Source: Octopus sinensis
Lineage: Eukaryota
Reading direction: 5' to 3'
Assembly: GCF_006345805.1 (NCBI RefSeq)
Contig: NC_043003.1
Span: forward strand, 9,610,001-9,674,000
DNA length: 64,000 bases
Under the pieces are notes generated by a model. The model saw only the letters and a program-made list of their open reading frames with translations, searched no databases and was not told where the DNA came from. The translations under genes and the position numbers were made by a program. Below, one piece after another: positions 14,127 through 27,329 of this stretch. Numbering within the stretch: position 1 is the first letter of the stretch; each line of letters starts with the position of its first letter.

Positions 14127-14217
14127 ACTCAAATTGATAGTTTACGAAAATTATGTGTATCACATGGAATAACTGACAGTCAAATTAACCAGTGCCTCTA
14201 TCAAGAAGAACCTAAAG
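14127..14217 (+). CDS. Hv3 (HVCN1-like): Hv3-type channel exon: C-terminal coiled coil (TQIDSLRKLCVSHGITDSQINQCLYQEEPK)
   Basis: Long polypyrimidine tract with ttttAG, phase 0 start, G|GTAAGT donor. QIDSLRKLCVSHG resembles human Hv1 EIERLNKLLRQHG. Confidence 0.85.
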
Positions 14218-14418
14218 GTAAGTGCCTAACAGAGTACCAAATCTTTTTTTCTTTCTTTTTTTCTTTCTTTTTCTTCTTGCTTTTCTTATTATTATTAATA
14301 TTTTATTTTATGATTTTGTTGTTTACAGTTATGCTTGTGGATGTTTATCTGTTGTTTAAATTATTTATTGAAATTAGTCATTACTCCCTTAGCATCTTCT
14401 CTTATTCCTGCTGCTCAG

Positions 14419-14466
14419 AATATGGGAATATAATTTGCGCAGTGGTCAGCCGGCGAAGGTTATCGG
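14419..14466 (+). CDS. Hv3 (HVCN1-like): probable 48-nt exon of the Hv3-type gene (E-YGNIICAVVSRRRLS-G)
   Basis: tcttattcctgctgctcAG acceptor and TCGG|GTAAGT donor. Phase 1/1, no stop, 201 nt after the preceding exon. No homology support. Confidence 0.55.
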
Positions 14467-16399
14467 GTAAGTAACTGAAATGTTTAAGTAATTAGGCTGT
14501 GAGTAGTCAATGAATTACTTAAATATTTGACCAATACTTCCACGTGGTACAACAAAATCAGGCAAACAGAATTAAAACAACAACAACAACAATATAGCAA
14601 TACTAGTGTCAATGATATTATGAGTAACAATAATAATATTAATATTAATTGTTATAATATTCAATATTATTATCATTATGATTATTACCATAATAATCCT
14701 GCATTATTATGATTATAATAGCATGTTCTTGTGGCTATATTAGGCTTCTTTGTTATTTTGAAAAAATTATGAAAATACCAAAATAATTGGCCGGAAAAAG
14801 ACAGAATTAATAATATTGACGACTCTGTAATCATTAGGTAACGTGACATGATTTTGATAGAATTATTACTTACAAAGAAGGGTAACTATAGCATTTATCT
14901 TGTAGAAAAATATAATTTACCAATATAAAAGATTACCAAAATACATAGGTTATCAGATGTATCAGAAACCTCTTTAGCATTAAAAAAAATTTATTCCTTC
15001 AGCAGTAAACCTAAAGATAAGGTCTGTTCACTTGAGATAGATAACAGCCGAACGGACTTTTTAGATGCGTCATGCCATTTCCGTTGCAAGACAGAAAATG
15101 TTAAGTTTTGTAAATTCATTCAAAAATTCAACAGAGAAGTTTATAACAAATGTGAATTTTTACCATTTTCTCTTATCGTTTTTGTTGCAGGTAGTTTTTA
15201 AAATATATTTGGTCAAGGCCTTCTATTCTATTTTCCTTTTTTTTCCTTCCCCTACCGAACAGTGGGATAAATTCATGTGGTATATAACCCTCTACATTGC
15301 TAAGATCTCCAAAAACAGGATCTTAAACATGGACATACACGTTTAAATAGAATGTTTGCCAATTTCAAACCCCAGTTCATCTGAACTATGTTAATTCACA
15401 TATTTGGCTAAAATTTGATTGTAAACAAAGAGATATGCAAAATAAACATAGTTATGATATAAAGAAGAGCGACATATCCAATTAAAGCATTAGACATTAC
15501 AGTTTTATGTCAGCGTTATCGTTCAAGATTTTAGCTTGTGTTTAGTTCTCCCTAGAGTGAAGAAAACTTTTACGGATATGAAGTCATATGGCTGGAATAA
15601 ACTATTTTTAAATCAACTGATTCCCAAATTTTCTTCCATTGAGGCGCGCAAGTATAAAACCACGATATCATCTCAACTCAATACAATCTTGCATTTTGTA
15701 TCTGAAAGTGTACTATAGGCGTAGCTGACATTTACATTCATACCTTCTCGTTCTTACATAGATTCATAAATGCAGACATATTTATATAACACATTGGTTG
15801 AGAATAGACGGATTTTGAGGATAGGAGAGTATTCGTTTAATATACAATAAATGTTATCTTACCATAATGACACTACTATCTGCCTTGCTAAATAATTGAT
15901 TATTCTTCTGATTATTTGCATTAAAGAGTACGTTTATCCACAATTGTTATCATACTCAACTCACTCAAACGTGAGTCTCCCATGCAGGAATCAAATAAAA
16001 GCACCATGAGAATCGTTAATGACTGATTTGCTGGGGTAGTCGATTAGGGTAATATTTTCTTGAAAAATGACGAGGTTAATTTTATTCTGGAAAAGTTAAA
16101 TATTAAAAGTCTCCAAAGCATCTGACTCAATACTGTTTAATGAAATCAGCAGCAAAGACATTTCAGCTTCGCAGGTGAACTCTTAATTATAGGCTCTTTT
16201 AACTGAACTGCTGCAAAGAAGCGTATTCGACATATTGAAGAACTGGACAAAAAACAATAGTGTAAAACAAAAATTACCATCATGTTAGTTGAAATTTGGA
16301 AAAAAGGGGAATTGTAGGTCTTATAACTTACGGACAGAAAAATAATTACACCCCCCCCCCCAAGAACAAAGAATAAAAAGCAAACTAGAAACGTGTCTG

Positions 16400-17165
16400 G
16401 AGACAGTATGAAGACAACACTCGAGTGCAAAGTAACTCCTCTCACACAGGGAGGTAAAATCTGTCAGCGAAATCTCCGCCTCGGTAGAGAGTAGCTGAAA
16501 GAAAGATAATTATGAAATTTAATGGAAACCAAACAACAGTTTGCGGCGATATGGGAGGATTTACCGCAGAGAGGCATCGTATCAGAAACGGGATAAAAAG
16601 GTGGATTTAGACAAAGGAGCTTAATCACGTTGAAGAATGTTTAGAAAATTAATCCGAAAGAATTGTTGTTCCTCTATCAAACTAAAAGCGTACAGCATCA
16701 ATGTCGAAACTTTGAGAGTGTAATTTAAAAACATTAGGATAGGAAAGCAAGGAGAACGGTACAAAAGGACTGACAAAAGGCAGCGGTACAAAAGGACTGA
16801 CATCCTGCCAGAGATATCTTCATGATCTTTAGCCATAAGCTCTTAATAGATATATAAGTAAACACACCAAACCGATTGGCAGCAACAGGAACAATATAAA
16901 TATCCAAAACAATACCACTTACAAGGCGAAAAACCTACCGGTCAATTACATTCCTGAATCTTATACATAAAAATGTGGACGGAATGCCTGGACCCATTCT
17001 GCCATGATCATTGAGATGATATTATAGCCGAATAAACATATTGTTGATATGCTGGATACCTTTTGATTAAGATGGATGTGATATCAGGTGTGCGATGGCA
17101 TAGAACGAAATAGTTCATGCTTGCTGGCTTACAGGAAATATTTGATTCTGTTTCTCGCTTGTGGA
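16400..17165 (+). mobile_element. highly decayed RLE-type non-LTR RT relic
   Basis: Remnants AKN-YRSITFLN and AYRK-FDSV. Internal 19-bp direct repeat cggtacaaaaggactgaca near 16757-16802. Confidence 0.5.
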
Positions 17166-17973
17166 TACTAGAATATGCTCCATTTAAAAAACAAAGTTCC
17201 AGCTAGTAACAACACCACGAAAAAACCTGACTTGCTCCTGAACCACAATTCTAAAGCTGGTTACTTATATTGTCACTGAAAAGGGCTAGAAAACTATAGA
17301 GGTATATATCAGGAGGGCAATCTCTCTGCAATGCTGTATATACATTCTGTAAAAACAGCACATTTGTATTGATAAGAAATTATAAACATAAGGCAGAAAA
17401 ACACCCCCACATGCAGACCCCTCCATAATCACCCACATTAATACTCATGCACACACTTACATGAAAGTTTAAAGTGCTTGACCGGACACATTAACTATGT
17501 ATGCGATACAGTTTCAGATACATAATTTAAGAGTCAAATGAATCCCAGTTGGAAAATTCCACGCCTTAATTACATCAATTATGCACCGTTTTATAAATTA
17601 AATGCAATATCCCCTTTTCCTTTCCCTAATTTGTTGGAATAACCTTTCTTTAATACAATATGTATTATTCATATTTTATTTAATACTTTTAAAATAATAC
17701 CTTTGATTTTTGACTAATTGGTTTATGTCAAAATTTATTTTTATTAAACCTTTACTTAGAAAGTCAACCAGTTCACAATTCAGCATCGATAACGGGTAAA
17801 ATACAACAAAACTAAGCATAGCAGCATTGGTTTTCGATAATAAGATTACCATGTGTCAGATTAAAGTATTCATTTAATTTACATCGTGTCTGACATTTGA
17901 TGGATTTTGCATTTGTCAGCTTTTAATTCTCCATCGAAGCAATGCGAAAGAGAAACCCATTTTTAATCCAACT

Positions 17974-17974
<1 letters not shown>

Positions 17975-18069
<95 letters not shown>

Positions 18070-18070
18070 A

Positions 18071-18127
<57 letters not shown>

Positions 18128-18140
18128 GTATCCCTCTCTA

Positions 18141-18205
<65 letters not shown>

Positions 18206-18532
18206 ATGTCGGCTGTCTGTCTGTCTGTTTCTCTATCTATCCATCCATCCATCCATCTGTCTATCCATCTGCCTTTCAGGCTGTCTGCATGTCTGTGTAT
18301 TCTCTGTGTATATATACATGTATATATATATATATATATATAAATGTATGTATATATGTATATATGTATACATACACACACAGACACACACAGACACATA
18401 TATATATGCATATAGGCATACATATATATATACATACATACATATACATATATATGCATGCATATATTCATACATACACACACACACATCATCATCATCA
18501 TGATGTGTGTGTGTGTATGTATGCATATATGC

Positions 18533-18574
<42 letters not shown>

Positions 18575-18672
18575 GTATGTATATATATATGTATGCATAT
18601 ATGCAAGTATTTATATATATATATATATGTATTATATATATATATATGTATTTATATATACATATATATAGG

Positions 18673-18734
<62 letters not shown>

Positions 18735-18774
18735 TGTATATATAATATATATATATGTATATATATATATGTAT

Positions 18775-18821
<47 letters not shown>

Positions 18822-19095
18822 TTATATATATATATGTATATATATATAGTATATATATATATAGTATATATATATATAGATATATATATATATATTATAT
18901 GTATATATATATAATATATGTATATATATATGTATATATATATATATGTATATATATTATGTATATATATATATATATGTATATATAATATATATATGTA
19001 TATAATATATATATATTATATATGTATATATATATATGTATATTATATATATATGAATATATATATATATGTATTTATATATACATATATATAGG

Positions 19096-19157
<62 letters not shown>

Positions 19158-19197
19158 TGTATATATAATATATATATATGTATATATATATATGTAT

Positions 19198-19244
<47 letters not shown>

Positions 19245-19421
19245 TTATATATATATATGTATATATATATAGTATATATATATATAGTATATATATATAT
19301 AGATATATATATATATATTATATGTATATATATATAATATATGTATATATATATGTATATATATATATATGTATATATATTATGTATATATATATATATA
19401 TGTATATATAATATATATATG

Positions 19422-19480
<59 letters not shown>

Positions 19481-19512
19481 TGTATATATATATATATGTA
19501 TATATATATATG

Positions 19513-19543
<31 letters not shown>

Positions 19544-19549
19544 GTATAT

Positions 19550-19582
<33 letters not shown>

Positions 19583-19623
19583 GTAATATATATATGTATA
19601 TTATATATATGTATATATATATG

Positions 19624-19658
<35 letters not shown>

Positions 19659-19659
19659 G

Positions 19660-19697
<38 letters not shown>

Positions 19698-19755
19698 GTA
19701 TAATATATATATATGTTATATATATATATATATGTATATATTATATATATATATG

Positions 19756-19848
<93 letters not shown>

Positions 19849-19849
19849 G

Positions 19850-19880
<31 letters not shown>

Positions 19881-19903
19881 GTATAGTATATATATATATA
19901 TAT

Positions 19904-19936
<33 letters not shown>

Positions 19937-20002
19937 GTATATATTATATATGTATATATATATTATGTATATATATATATATATATTATATATATATATA
20001 TA

Positions 20003-20041
<39 letters not shown>

Positions 20042-20059
20042 GTATATATATATATATAG

Positions 20060-20109
<50 letters not shown>

Positions 20110-20110
20110 T
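17975..20110. repeat. compound microsatellite: (TATC)n, (CA)n, then about 1.6 kb of degenerate (TA)n
   Basis: Direct reading of the sequence. Confidence 0.95.
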
Positions 20111-20234
20111 ATAGAGGGCATTATACATACATGCCAGAGGGCATAATACATACATGCCACACGCTAAGAGGGACAATTAGTCATTTCTACCAAAAATATT
20201 ACTAATCCCACCGAATGCAATTTTAAAAAATATA

Positions 20235-20280
20235 GACCTGTATCACAGTGATTTCATACTTACGTATTCATCAGCAGGCC
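20235..20280 (-). ncRNA. type I hammerhead ribozyme, identical inverted copy
   Basis: Exact reverse complement of 20791-20836. Predicted cut between 20241 and 20240. Confidence 0.85.
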
Positions 20281-20790
20281 TGAATGTCTCATAAATAAAC
20301 GACCCTGCCCTGCTTAAGCCGATCAGCTAACTGATCAACATCAACGAAGCACATGGGTGAGTTTACATATATTACATCCTGTAAATGGCATACTTTTACG
20401 AATTGCATTTCGGGAAAGGAAAAGTTTTTTCGGAATAAAAATTTAGCAATTAAGGACAACTACTTAATAAGGAAAACTTAACAAGAAATTGTCAGGTAGA
20501 TAGCGTGAAAACCTCATAAGAGAATAAATTTCGAAAATAATTATTTCTTATTGAACATATTAATTTATATATAGAGGGCATTATACATACATGCCAGAGG
20601 GCATTATACATACATGCCACACGCTAAGAAGGACAATTAGTCATTTCTACCAATTTCCCGAAATGCAATTCGTAAAAGTATGCCATTTACAGGATGTAAT
20701 ATATGTAAACTCACCCATGTGCTTCGTTGATGTTGATCAGTTAGCTGATCGGCTTAAGCAGGGCAGGGTCGTTTATTTATGATACATTCA

Positions 20791-20836
20791 GGCCTGCTGA
20801 TGAATACGTAAGTATGAAATCACTGTGATACAGGTC
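20791..20836 (+). ncRNA. type I hammerhead ribozyme, canonical core
   Basis: GGCCTG CTGATGA ATAC-GTAA-GTAT GAAA TCAC-T-GTGA TA CAGGTC. Stem I GGCCUG/CAGGUC (6 bp, one G-U), stem II 4 bp with a GNRA loop, quasi-palindromic stem III, AUA triplet. Predicted cut between 20830 and 20831. Confidence 0.85.
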
Positions 20837-21100
20837 TATATTTTTTAAATGTCTTACTTTGAAAAATTGCATTCGGTGGGATTAGTAATATTTTTGGTAG
20901 AAATGACTAATTGTCCCTCTTAGCGTGTGGCATGTATGTATAATGCCCTCTGGCATGTATGTATAATGCCCTCTATATATAAATTAATATGTTCAATAAG
21001 AAATAATTATTTTCGAAATTTATTCTCTTATGAGGTTTTCACGCTATCTACCTGACAATTTCTTGTTAAGTTTTCCTTATTAAGTAGTTGTCCTTAATTG

Positions 21101-21152
<52 letters not shown>

Positions 21153-21267
21153 TATATATAAATATATACATATGAGTAAATGTAAGGACAGGCAAGTTAA
21201 GCAAGTCGATAAACAAGAAATATCAAGTACATTTAATACAGAAGAATGTCCCACTTACACAGAATGG

Positions 21268-21530
21268 AAATGACGTCAGGAATTGAGGAGGTTGAGTAGG
21301 AAATTAATGAGTCCAAAAGCTGTTTCTGGGGGTTTGGTTGTCCAAAGTATTGCTTGGTCCAAGCTATTATGTATAATCTTAATTCTATCAACACCGCAAT
21401 TGTAAAATTCTTTCCTGAAGGCGACGGCTAATTATGTTACAACAAAATATTTTGGACCACCAAGCCCCCAGAAAGAGCTGTTGGACTCGTAGAAGTTCTA
21501 CTCAACTCCCTTTAAATCCTGATATCACTT
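21268..21530. mobile_element. diverged fold-back repeat, arms of about 85 bp
   Basis: aaatgacgtcagg...gtccaaagtatt pairs with aatattttggacc...cctgatatcacttt at roughly 80 percent identity by eye. Confidence 0.65.
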
Positions 21531-24049
21531 TCATTCTGTGTAAGTCGAAATTTTTTCATATGCAAACATATGTACATTTTTGGTATTAAATGTATTTAAT
21601 ATATTTTGTATATTTACTTGCCTAGCTTACTTCTCTCTACGTTTAGTCCTCTACCGGCTCAGGTTCAATTCTCTTGAGGACTACGAAGCGTATTCTATAC
21701 AGAGAACACCTGTCTCTAATCTATCTATCTATCTATCTATCTATTATATATATATACATATATATATATGCATGTATGCTTGTATGTAAGTAAGTAGAAG
21801 AAGAGAGAGAATTGTTAAATTGGAAGTAAGAAATTAATATAATACCGATTTAGGAGGTAACTATTTACTTATTGAGAAATCTGAATATTGCCTTAACATG
21901 AACAATTACACCATCAAGTCATTACTGTATATTACATATTCAGAGTTAAATAATGAATTCTGAAATTAGATTATCTAATAACTACAACTAATTGTTATAG
22001 GTCTAACAAGTATTTTATATTGTTACCTGAATTAACGTTTCTTTTATTGCATTATTAGTTATATTCAGTCTGTTTTATTCATTGTACTGCCAGAAAAAAA
22101 GAGATAACTTGAGAAAATTTATTGGCTCTCTCAGACTGTTAGAAGAAGAAACGTTCGAAAAATCTTTAGTATTAAAGTATTAATACTCCTCCTATGCATG
22201 CTTGTCTTTGTAGTAGAAGGTTAAGCTTTTGGTCTAGTACAGTTAATTGGTATTATGAAGGGAGAGGGTTCAGCTAGATATAAACAGATCTGTGGAAAAC
22301 AAACATCACTCTATAGGTGCTGATGTGCAACGTCAAAGCAGAAGACTTCCAGTGGCATTCATCTACCTGTACTTGTCGACCTTTTGACTATTGCCTCTGA
22401 CCTTATGAAGAAAATGCGATGGTATTGCTGCTGGTGCCTTGGTTTATTGAGCAACCTGCAAGATTAATATATTATAGTGGGCATGGCTTGTATAGAGCCT
22501 GTCCCACCCTCGCACTGCTTGTGTAACTTTCATTGATTTGGTGGAAGAATTGCCACAAGGCGAGCACAAATCAGGTTGCAGGATCTCATCAGCCTAGACC
22601 ATTGGAGTGTCTGTGAATGACTCTTTCGGAGATAGTTCCATGACAAGATAATTATTTCATAGCTAAGAGCTTTGCAGGTGCTACAACTCGATGTCATATT
22701 CGAAGTAATAAAAATAGTGGCTAAGAATCTCAAAATATCGAAATACCATCACAAACCACGGCCCCATAATCGGATGCAGTTTAAAGTCACATCAAGGATA
22801 TGATCAAGAGAGTAACAGAGGGAAGAATTATATCTTGACAATGATTGTATGTTTGTGAAATGCTTTTGCTTAATGAAGTTACTTCTGTGTTGTACTCTAA
22901 CATATTCGCGATTTTAACCACTTCATATCCTTCGGCAGTATACTAAAGTAAAGCAATTACATCAATTATTTTAGCGCATAGATATTTTACGACTGTTAAG
23001 CAGCAGTGGATTCATCCTTCCCTCAGTCTTACGTGTATCTGCCAGAACGAACGTAATCTCCATCTATCAGAAATGTCTCTTAATTTTTGTGCTGGAAGCA
23101 TGCAGTCATTAGAAACAATAATTGGTTTCATTATATTCGGTTACTCTAGTATATCGAGTCGGTAGGTATATCTGCTGGATAGTATACCGAAACCTTGACT
23201 GCAATCATCTGGGTTATGTCAGTTCATTCGAACAATAATATCAATGTAGGCCACTCAGATATAATAATCAAGGACAGATATAATAAACATGACCCTTATG
23301 TTGATAACGAAACTGTAGGATGCTGGATCTAAAGAATAAAGTAGTATAAAAAACAGATCAATCTCTAAACAATATATACCATAAATAGTCATCATTCAAT
23401 ACAATAATAGCTTGCACGGTACATACTCTATGAAATAAGCATTAAATATAAAAATTTCCAAAACATGATTTACACAATAATCACAAAAGAGTATAACATA
23501 ACATTTACTCTTACATAATCTATACTCGAGATTATTGCATCTCACACTGCCATTCGAGAGGGTTACCAATGAAATATTGCAAGTAGCATGGCGCATTATC
23601 TACACTACAGATAATGCTGGAAAGCACAAAGAAGTGTGGCGACGAAACCAAACAGAACTAGTTCACCACACAAGTTGCACATTTATAAAAGACCATAATA
23701 TGAAAAATCAGAATGATTTAGCAGCGCGACGTTGTAGTGTGTGATAAATAATCAATTTTCTTGATTAGCTACTGACTGTAGACACAATTCATATAAATAG
23801 ATCAGTCATTAAAAAAGAATACTTACAAAGACGTGTGTGGAATACAAATTATATGAAAACGACTGGAAGTGTCAATGGATAAGGAGACTAGTTTAAAACT
23901 TTAAGGAGAAATATCCAAATTATAAAAACGTAATGAATGAAAGAGTATAATGATGTATTCTCTGTGCCATTTCCTTACAACCATTAAGACAAGATGTGTA
24001 GAATTTGGAAGTCTGCCTGTTTTTCATTTTAGGTGACCTTTCTAATTAC

Positions 24050-24900
24050 TCTAGTGAGTCCTAAATGTTTGTTGACAAGTTCTTTGTTCAAGGTCGGCAA
24101 GTAGTTCCCAAAGTCTTGATGCACGTTGAGTTGCACTTTGATGATTGCCGATCTTTCCTACGCTTTTTGTATTCTGATCCCTATCTCCTCCTCGATCTTC
24201 ACTTCGATTGTATGCAGCTCGATCATGTCTAGTGCCTTCTATTACACGTTTTGTTGGTCTCCCAAAAAGCTATGGATTTCGTTTCATTTGATTATGGGAT
24301 GAATTCCTGCTGACAGAAAATTAGATCCCCTCACCGGAAATAGACTCCCCCTCATCAGAGATCGGTTTCTCTTTACAACAGCGAGACACTCTTTCTAAGA
24401 AACGCAATCTTTGTCGTATAACGTCTCCATTTCGTAGGTGTATTCAGCCACATGCTTCTTTTCATTATCTTTTTCCGGAATGTTTTTGCTGTGTAAGTCT
24501 GGTGTTCTACTTTGAAGTCCATTCATATGCGAATGGGATAAACACGACTGGGAAGGAGATTTACTGGTTGTATACATTCCTCTATTGTTGTTTCATTGTT
24601 ATCATCATCACCGCAACTTGTGGCTGGGAAAAGGTGTTCTTTGGTCTCTTAGCTTTAGGCAATGAGTGCAATGCAATCCTTTTTACGACTTCTCCGATTT
24701 TGTGTCTGTTGCGGCCTTTTAACAAGTTGCCTTCATAGGCTAAGACCTGTTTGATTCTTTGCTGTTGATGTTTTGTCCATACAAACATATTCCGCAGAAA
24801 ACCCTTATAGCTACTTGAAATACGAATTATGTGCTTCAAATACGACGTAAAATCCTTTTACTTACTGGGTGTTTAGTTTAATCAGAGAACAAATTCCGTT
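24050..24900 (-). mobile_element. decayed Ty3/Gypsy pol (RT-RNase H) relic
   Basis: HVAEY...KECLAVV...RGSLFPV resembles the Gypsy RNase H VAY...EKECLAVV...LxGxxFxV. RT-like remnants upstream. Confidence 0.45.
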
Positions 24901-26889
24901 GCTCACTGTTGGGATGTAGCCTCTGAGTACCGAGGAGAAAATGGCTGCTCGCACAACATCGTTAAGGCAGGTTGGTTCATCAACTCTACTCGTAAGTATA
25001 GTGCTGACTTATCTACAATGTATCGCACAAATGTATGCGTCTCTGACTAAACTATTAACATTATAGTTACCCCACCCTCTTAGCAACCAAGGATACAAAC
25101 GTCAGAGTCAAGAGCATACAAAGAATTTCTAGTATGTGTAGCAAAGTACTTGAAACTATCTACAAATATTTCACTGTCGTTTATTCAAGGTCGGAATAAT
25201 GTGATCGGTAGATCTAGGCGATGCATGACAGACAACTAGAGACACATGATGAGTGGAGTAAGATTTTTGCACTCCACTTTCCTTTTTCTGTAATACCGTA
25301 GAAGTAACTGCGTACATCTATGGCACTATTTCAGTAATCTCCTAATATTAACGAAAGAGTAAAAAGTGTAGATGCATTGTGGTCCTGTGGTGAGGCTGAC
25401 TTTGCTTTTCGTCTTCTGGGTGCCAGTTGAGCACAAGCAGCGATATGATCAACGTAACTACTCACCCGCACTTACTGGCTTTGTGCCGAACTTTGAAACC
25501 AATATTAATGAGACAGGAAAGATTTTACATACACGAAAGCATCCAGTTTTCTATCTGTTATTAACTGTCAGCGGTTTTAAATATCTACTTCTTTTCCAAA
25601 ACTCTTTTGCGTGCTCCTTGTGTCAGTAGTTCTTTGAGTTAGTTTGATCCATTTATTTCTTTCCAAAGACTTAATATGCGTGTGATTTATTTCTATGAAC
25701 TCCAATTACTCACTACTGTCTTGTGGAACAACCCGGAATTTGCCGAGTAAAGTGTTGCTGCTGTGTATGTTTTTGTTGCTGTGTTTTTTTGTTTTCATAA
25801 CTTTTGCTATTTATATGGTAGTTGTAGCTAGTGTTGCTCTTTTAAATCTTGTTCTTCTTGCCCCTTTCGTTATTGTGTCTAATGGTACTGCTGACGTTGT
25901 TTGTCTTTATAACTGTTATAGTTGTTGATGGTCAGTTTATTTATATCTTTTGTTATATATTTTGGTCTTATTTGAGTTTTCGTACTCCAAAGTATTTGAG
26001 ACTTGGAGATATATGACTGCATGTTTCTCCTGTCCATTCTTCTGTCCATGTCTATTTTCATGTTAATGTTGTTTTATTTAGAACAGCAATACTATTTGGG
26101 AATTCGCGAATGCCATCATGTTCAGATACAACCAACTCCTAGAAAGCCAAGAAAGGTTCCTGTCTTTTGTTTTGAGAAATGTATACGAGACACGTGTACT
26201 TCTTGTGTTTTTCGTTGATCACCATCACTCGGGTTTCATCTTTGTAGGGGCACACATTAATCCCAATCATTTCTGCAACACAAGATCTCTTTTAAGTTTA
26301 AGTGGAAGTGGAGGCTCACTGTAGCAAATGGCCACCTCAGCCGCGTATTTCCTCTCACTAGCTGCTTATCCTAGAACAGCCCTTATTACGTTAAGGCATT
26401 GTTTCCAGTTTGAGCAGGTGTTCGATAATCTAGACCTTATTTTAATAGTCCTATACAATCTATATGTAGCCATTCTTCACTTGGAGCCAGTATATTTTAT
26501 TTATTTTATCTAGTTTCAGCTCACGAGCTGTGGCCGTGCTGGGGCACCGCCATAGTAGATCTTTTTCTGAAAATATCATTACACCATCCCACGCAATCTC
26601 GCCACAATGTGCTTCTGTACCATCATTTTGAACCTTACTCGAGCATTGTACACATATTGCGAGTTTGAATGAAAGAAAATATGTTTGCCTTTACACTTGT
26701 ATTATTGTTGTTTTCAACGCTTCTGTTGTTGTTGTTGTTGTTGTTGGTAATGTTATCATTGAAGTAAATATTGTTATTGTTTGTACTGTGTTGCTGTTGT
26801 TGATGTTTCTCATATTCGTGCTCCCTTGTTCTCTCTGTACGGTCTTAGACATATTAGACATGCAATTTTGCCTTCATACTATTTTCCAG

Positions 26890-27029
26890 GTAGGGAAACG
26901 ATACTGTATTGTTTCAAATGCATCAGGTACAGCATCAAAAGTTCCGTTAGCAACTTTCTCGCCAGAAAGTATAAATCTGGCTACACAACCAGTATGTGTA
27001 GTACAACATCTGTTGATATCTGCTATTGA
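26890..27029 (+). CDS. candidate terminal exon of the Hv3-type gene (G-RETILYCFKCIRYSIKSSVSNFLARKYKSGYTTSMCSTTSVDICY*)
   Basis: Good acceptor ttttgccttcatactattttccAG and an open phase-1 frame to TGA at 27027-27029. Competing phase-1 acceptors exist at 15191 and about 24033. Confidence 0.25.
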
Positions 27030-27285
27030 ACCAGAGACAGATTACTTCCTGTACCAGATACTCTAATTTAAACTGACTAGTTTTAAATTACTCTCAAAAA
27101 TGCTTTAAAAAGATATCTACAGCTGTTATACAATTTAGCTCACGTGTAAAAGTGGGGCATAATGTCATTAACATTTGTGAGGTCAACTCTGGATTTTGAT
27201 AATATAGTTTGGATGGCCGAACGTAGCAAAATTCGAGAAATTTACAGAAATTCAATAGCGAAGGCCTGGGGTGGAGTTGGACTAC

Positions 27286-27329
<44 letters not shown>

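Larger units (their letters stand above)
20108..21103. mobile_element. young head-to-head HHR-bearing element with a 460-bp repeat period (Penelope-like or retrozyme-like, non-autonomous)
   Basis: Block order a-b-x-c-a-b'-a'-c'. Block a recurs at 20111 and 20571, and 20654-21103 is the reverse complement of c-a-b. Only a few substitutions and one indel of about 16 bp. Both outer ends run into (TA)n. No ORF. Confidence 0.7.

Noticed and set aside
20111-20160. 23-bp tandem repeat agagggcattatacatacatgcc as a CRISPR-like repeat
   Set aside because: Two abutting copies with no spacer in a eukaryotic context. It is an internal duplication of the element.
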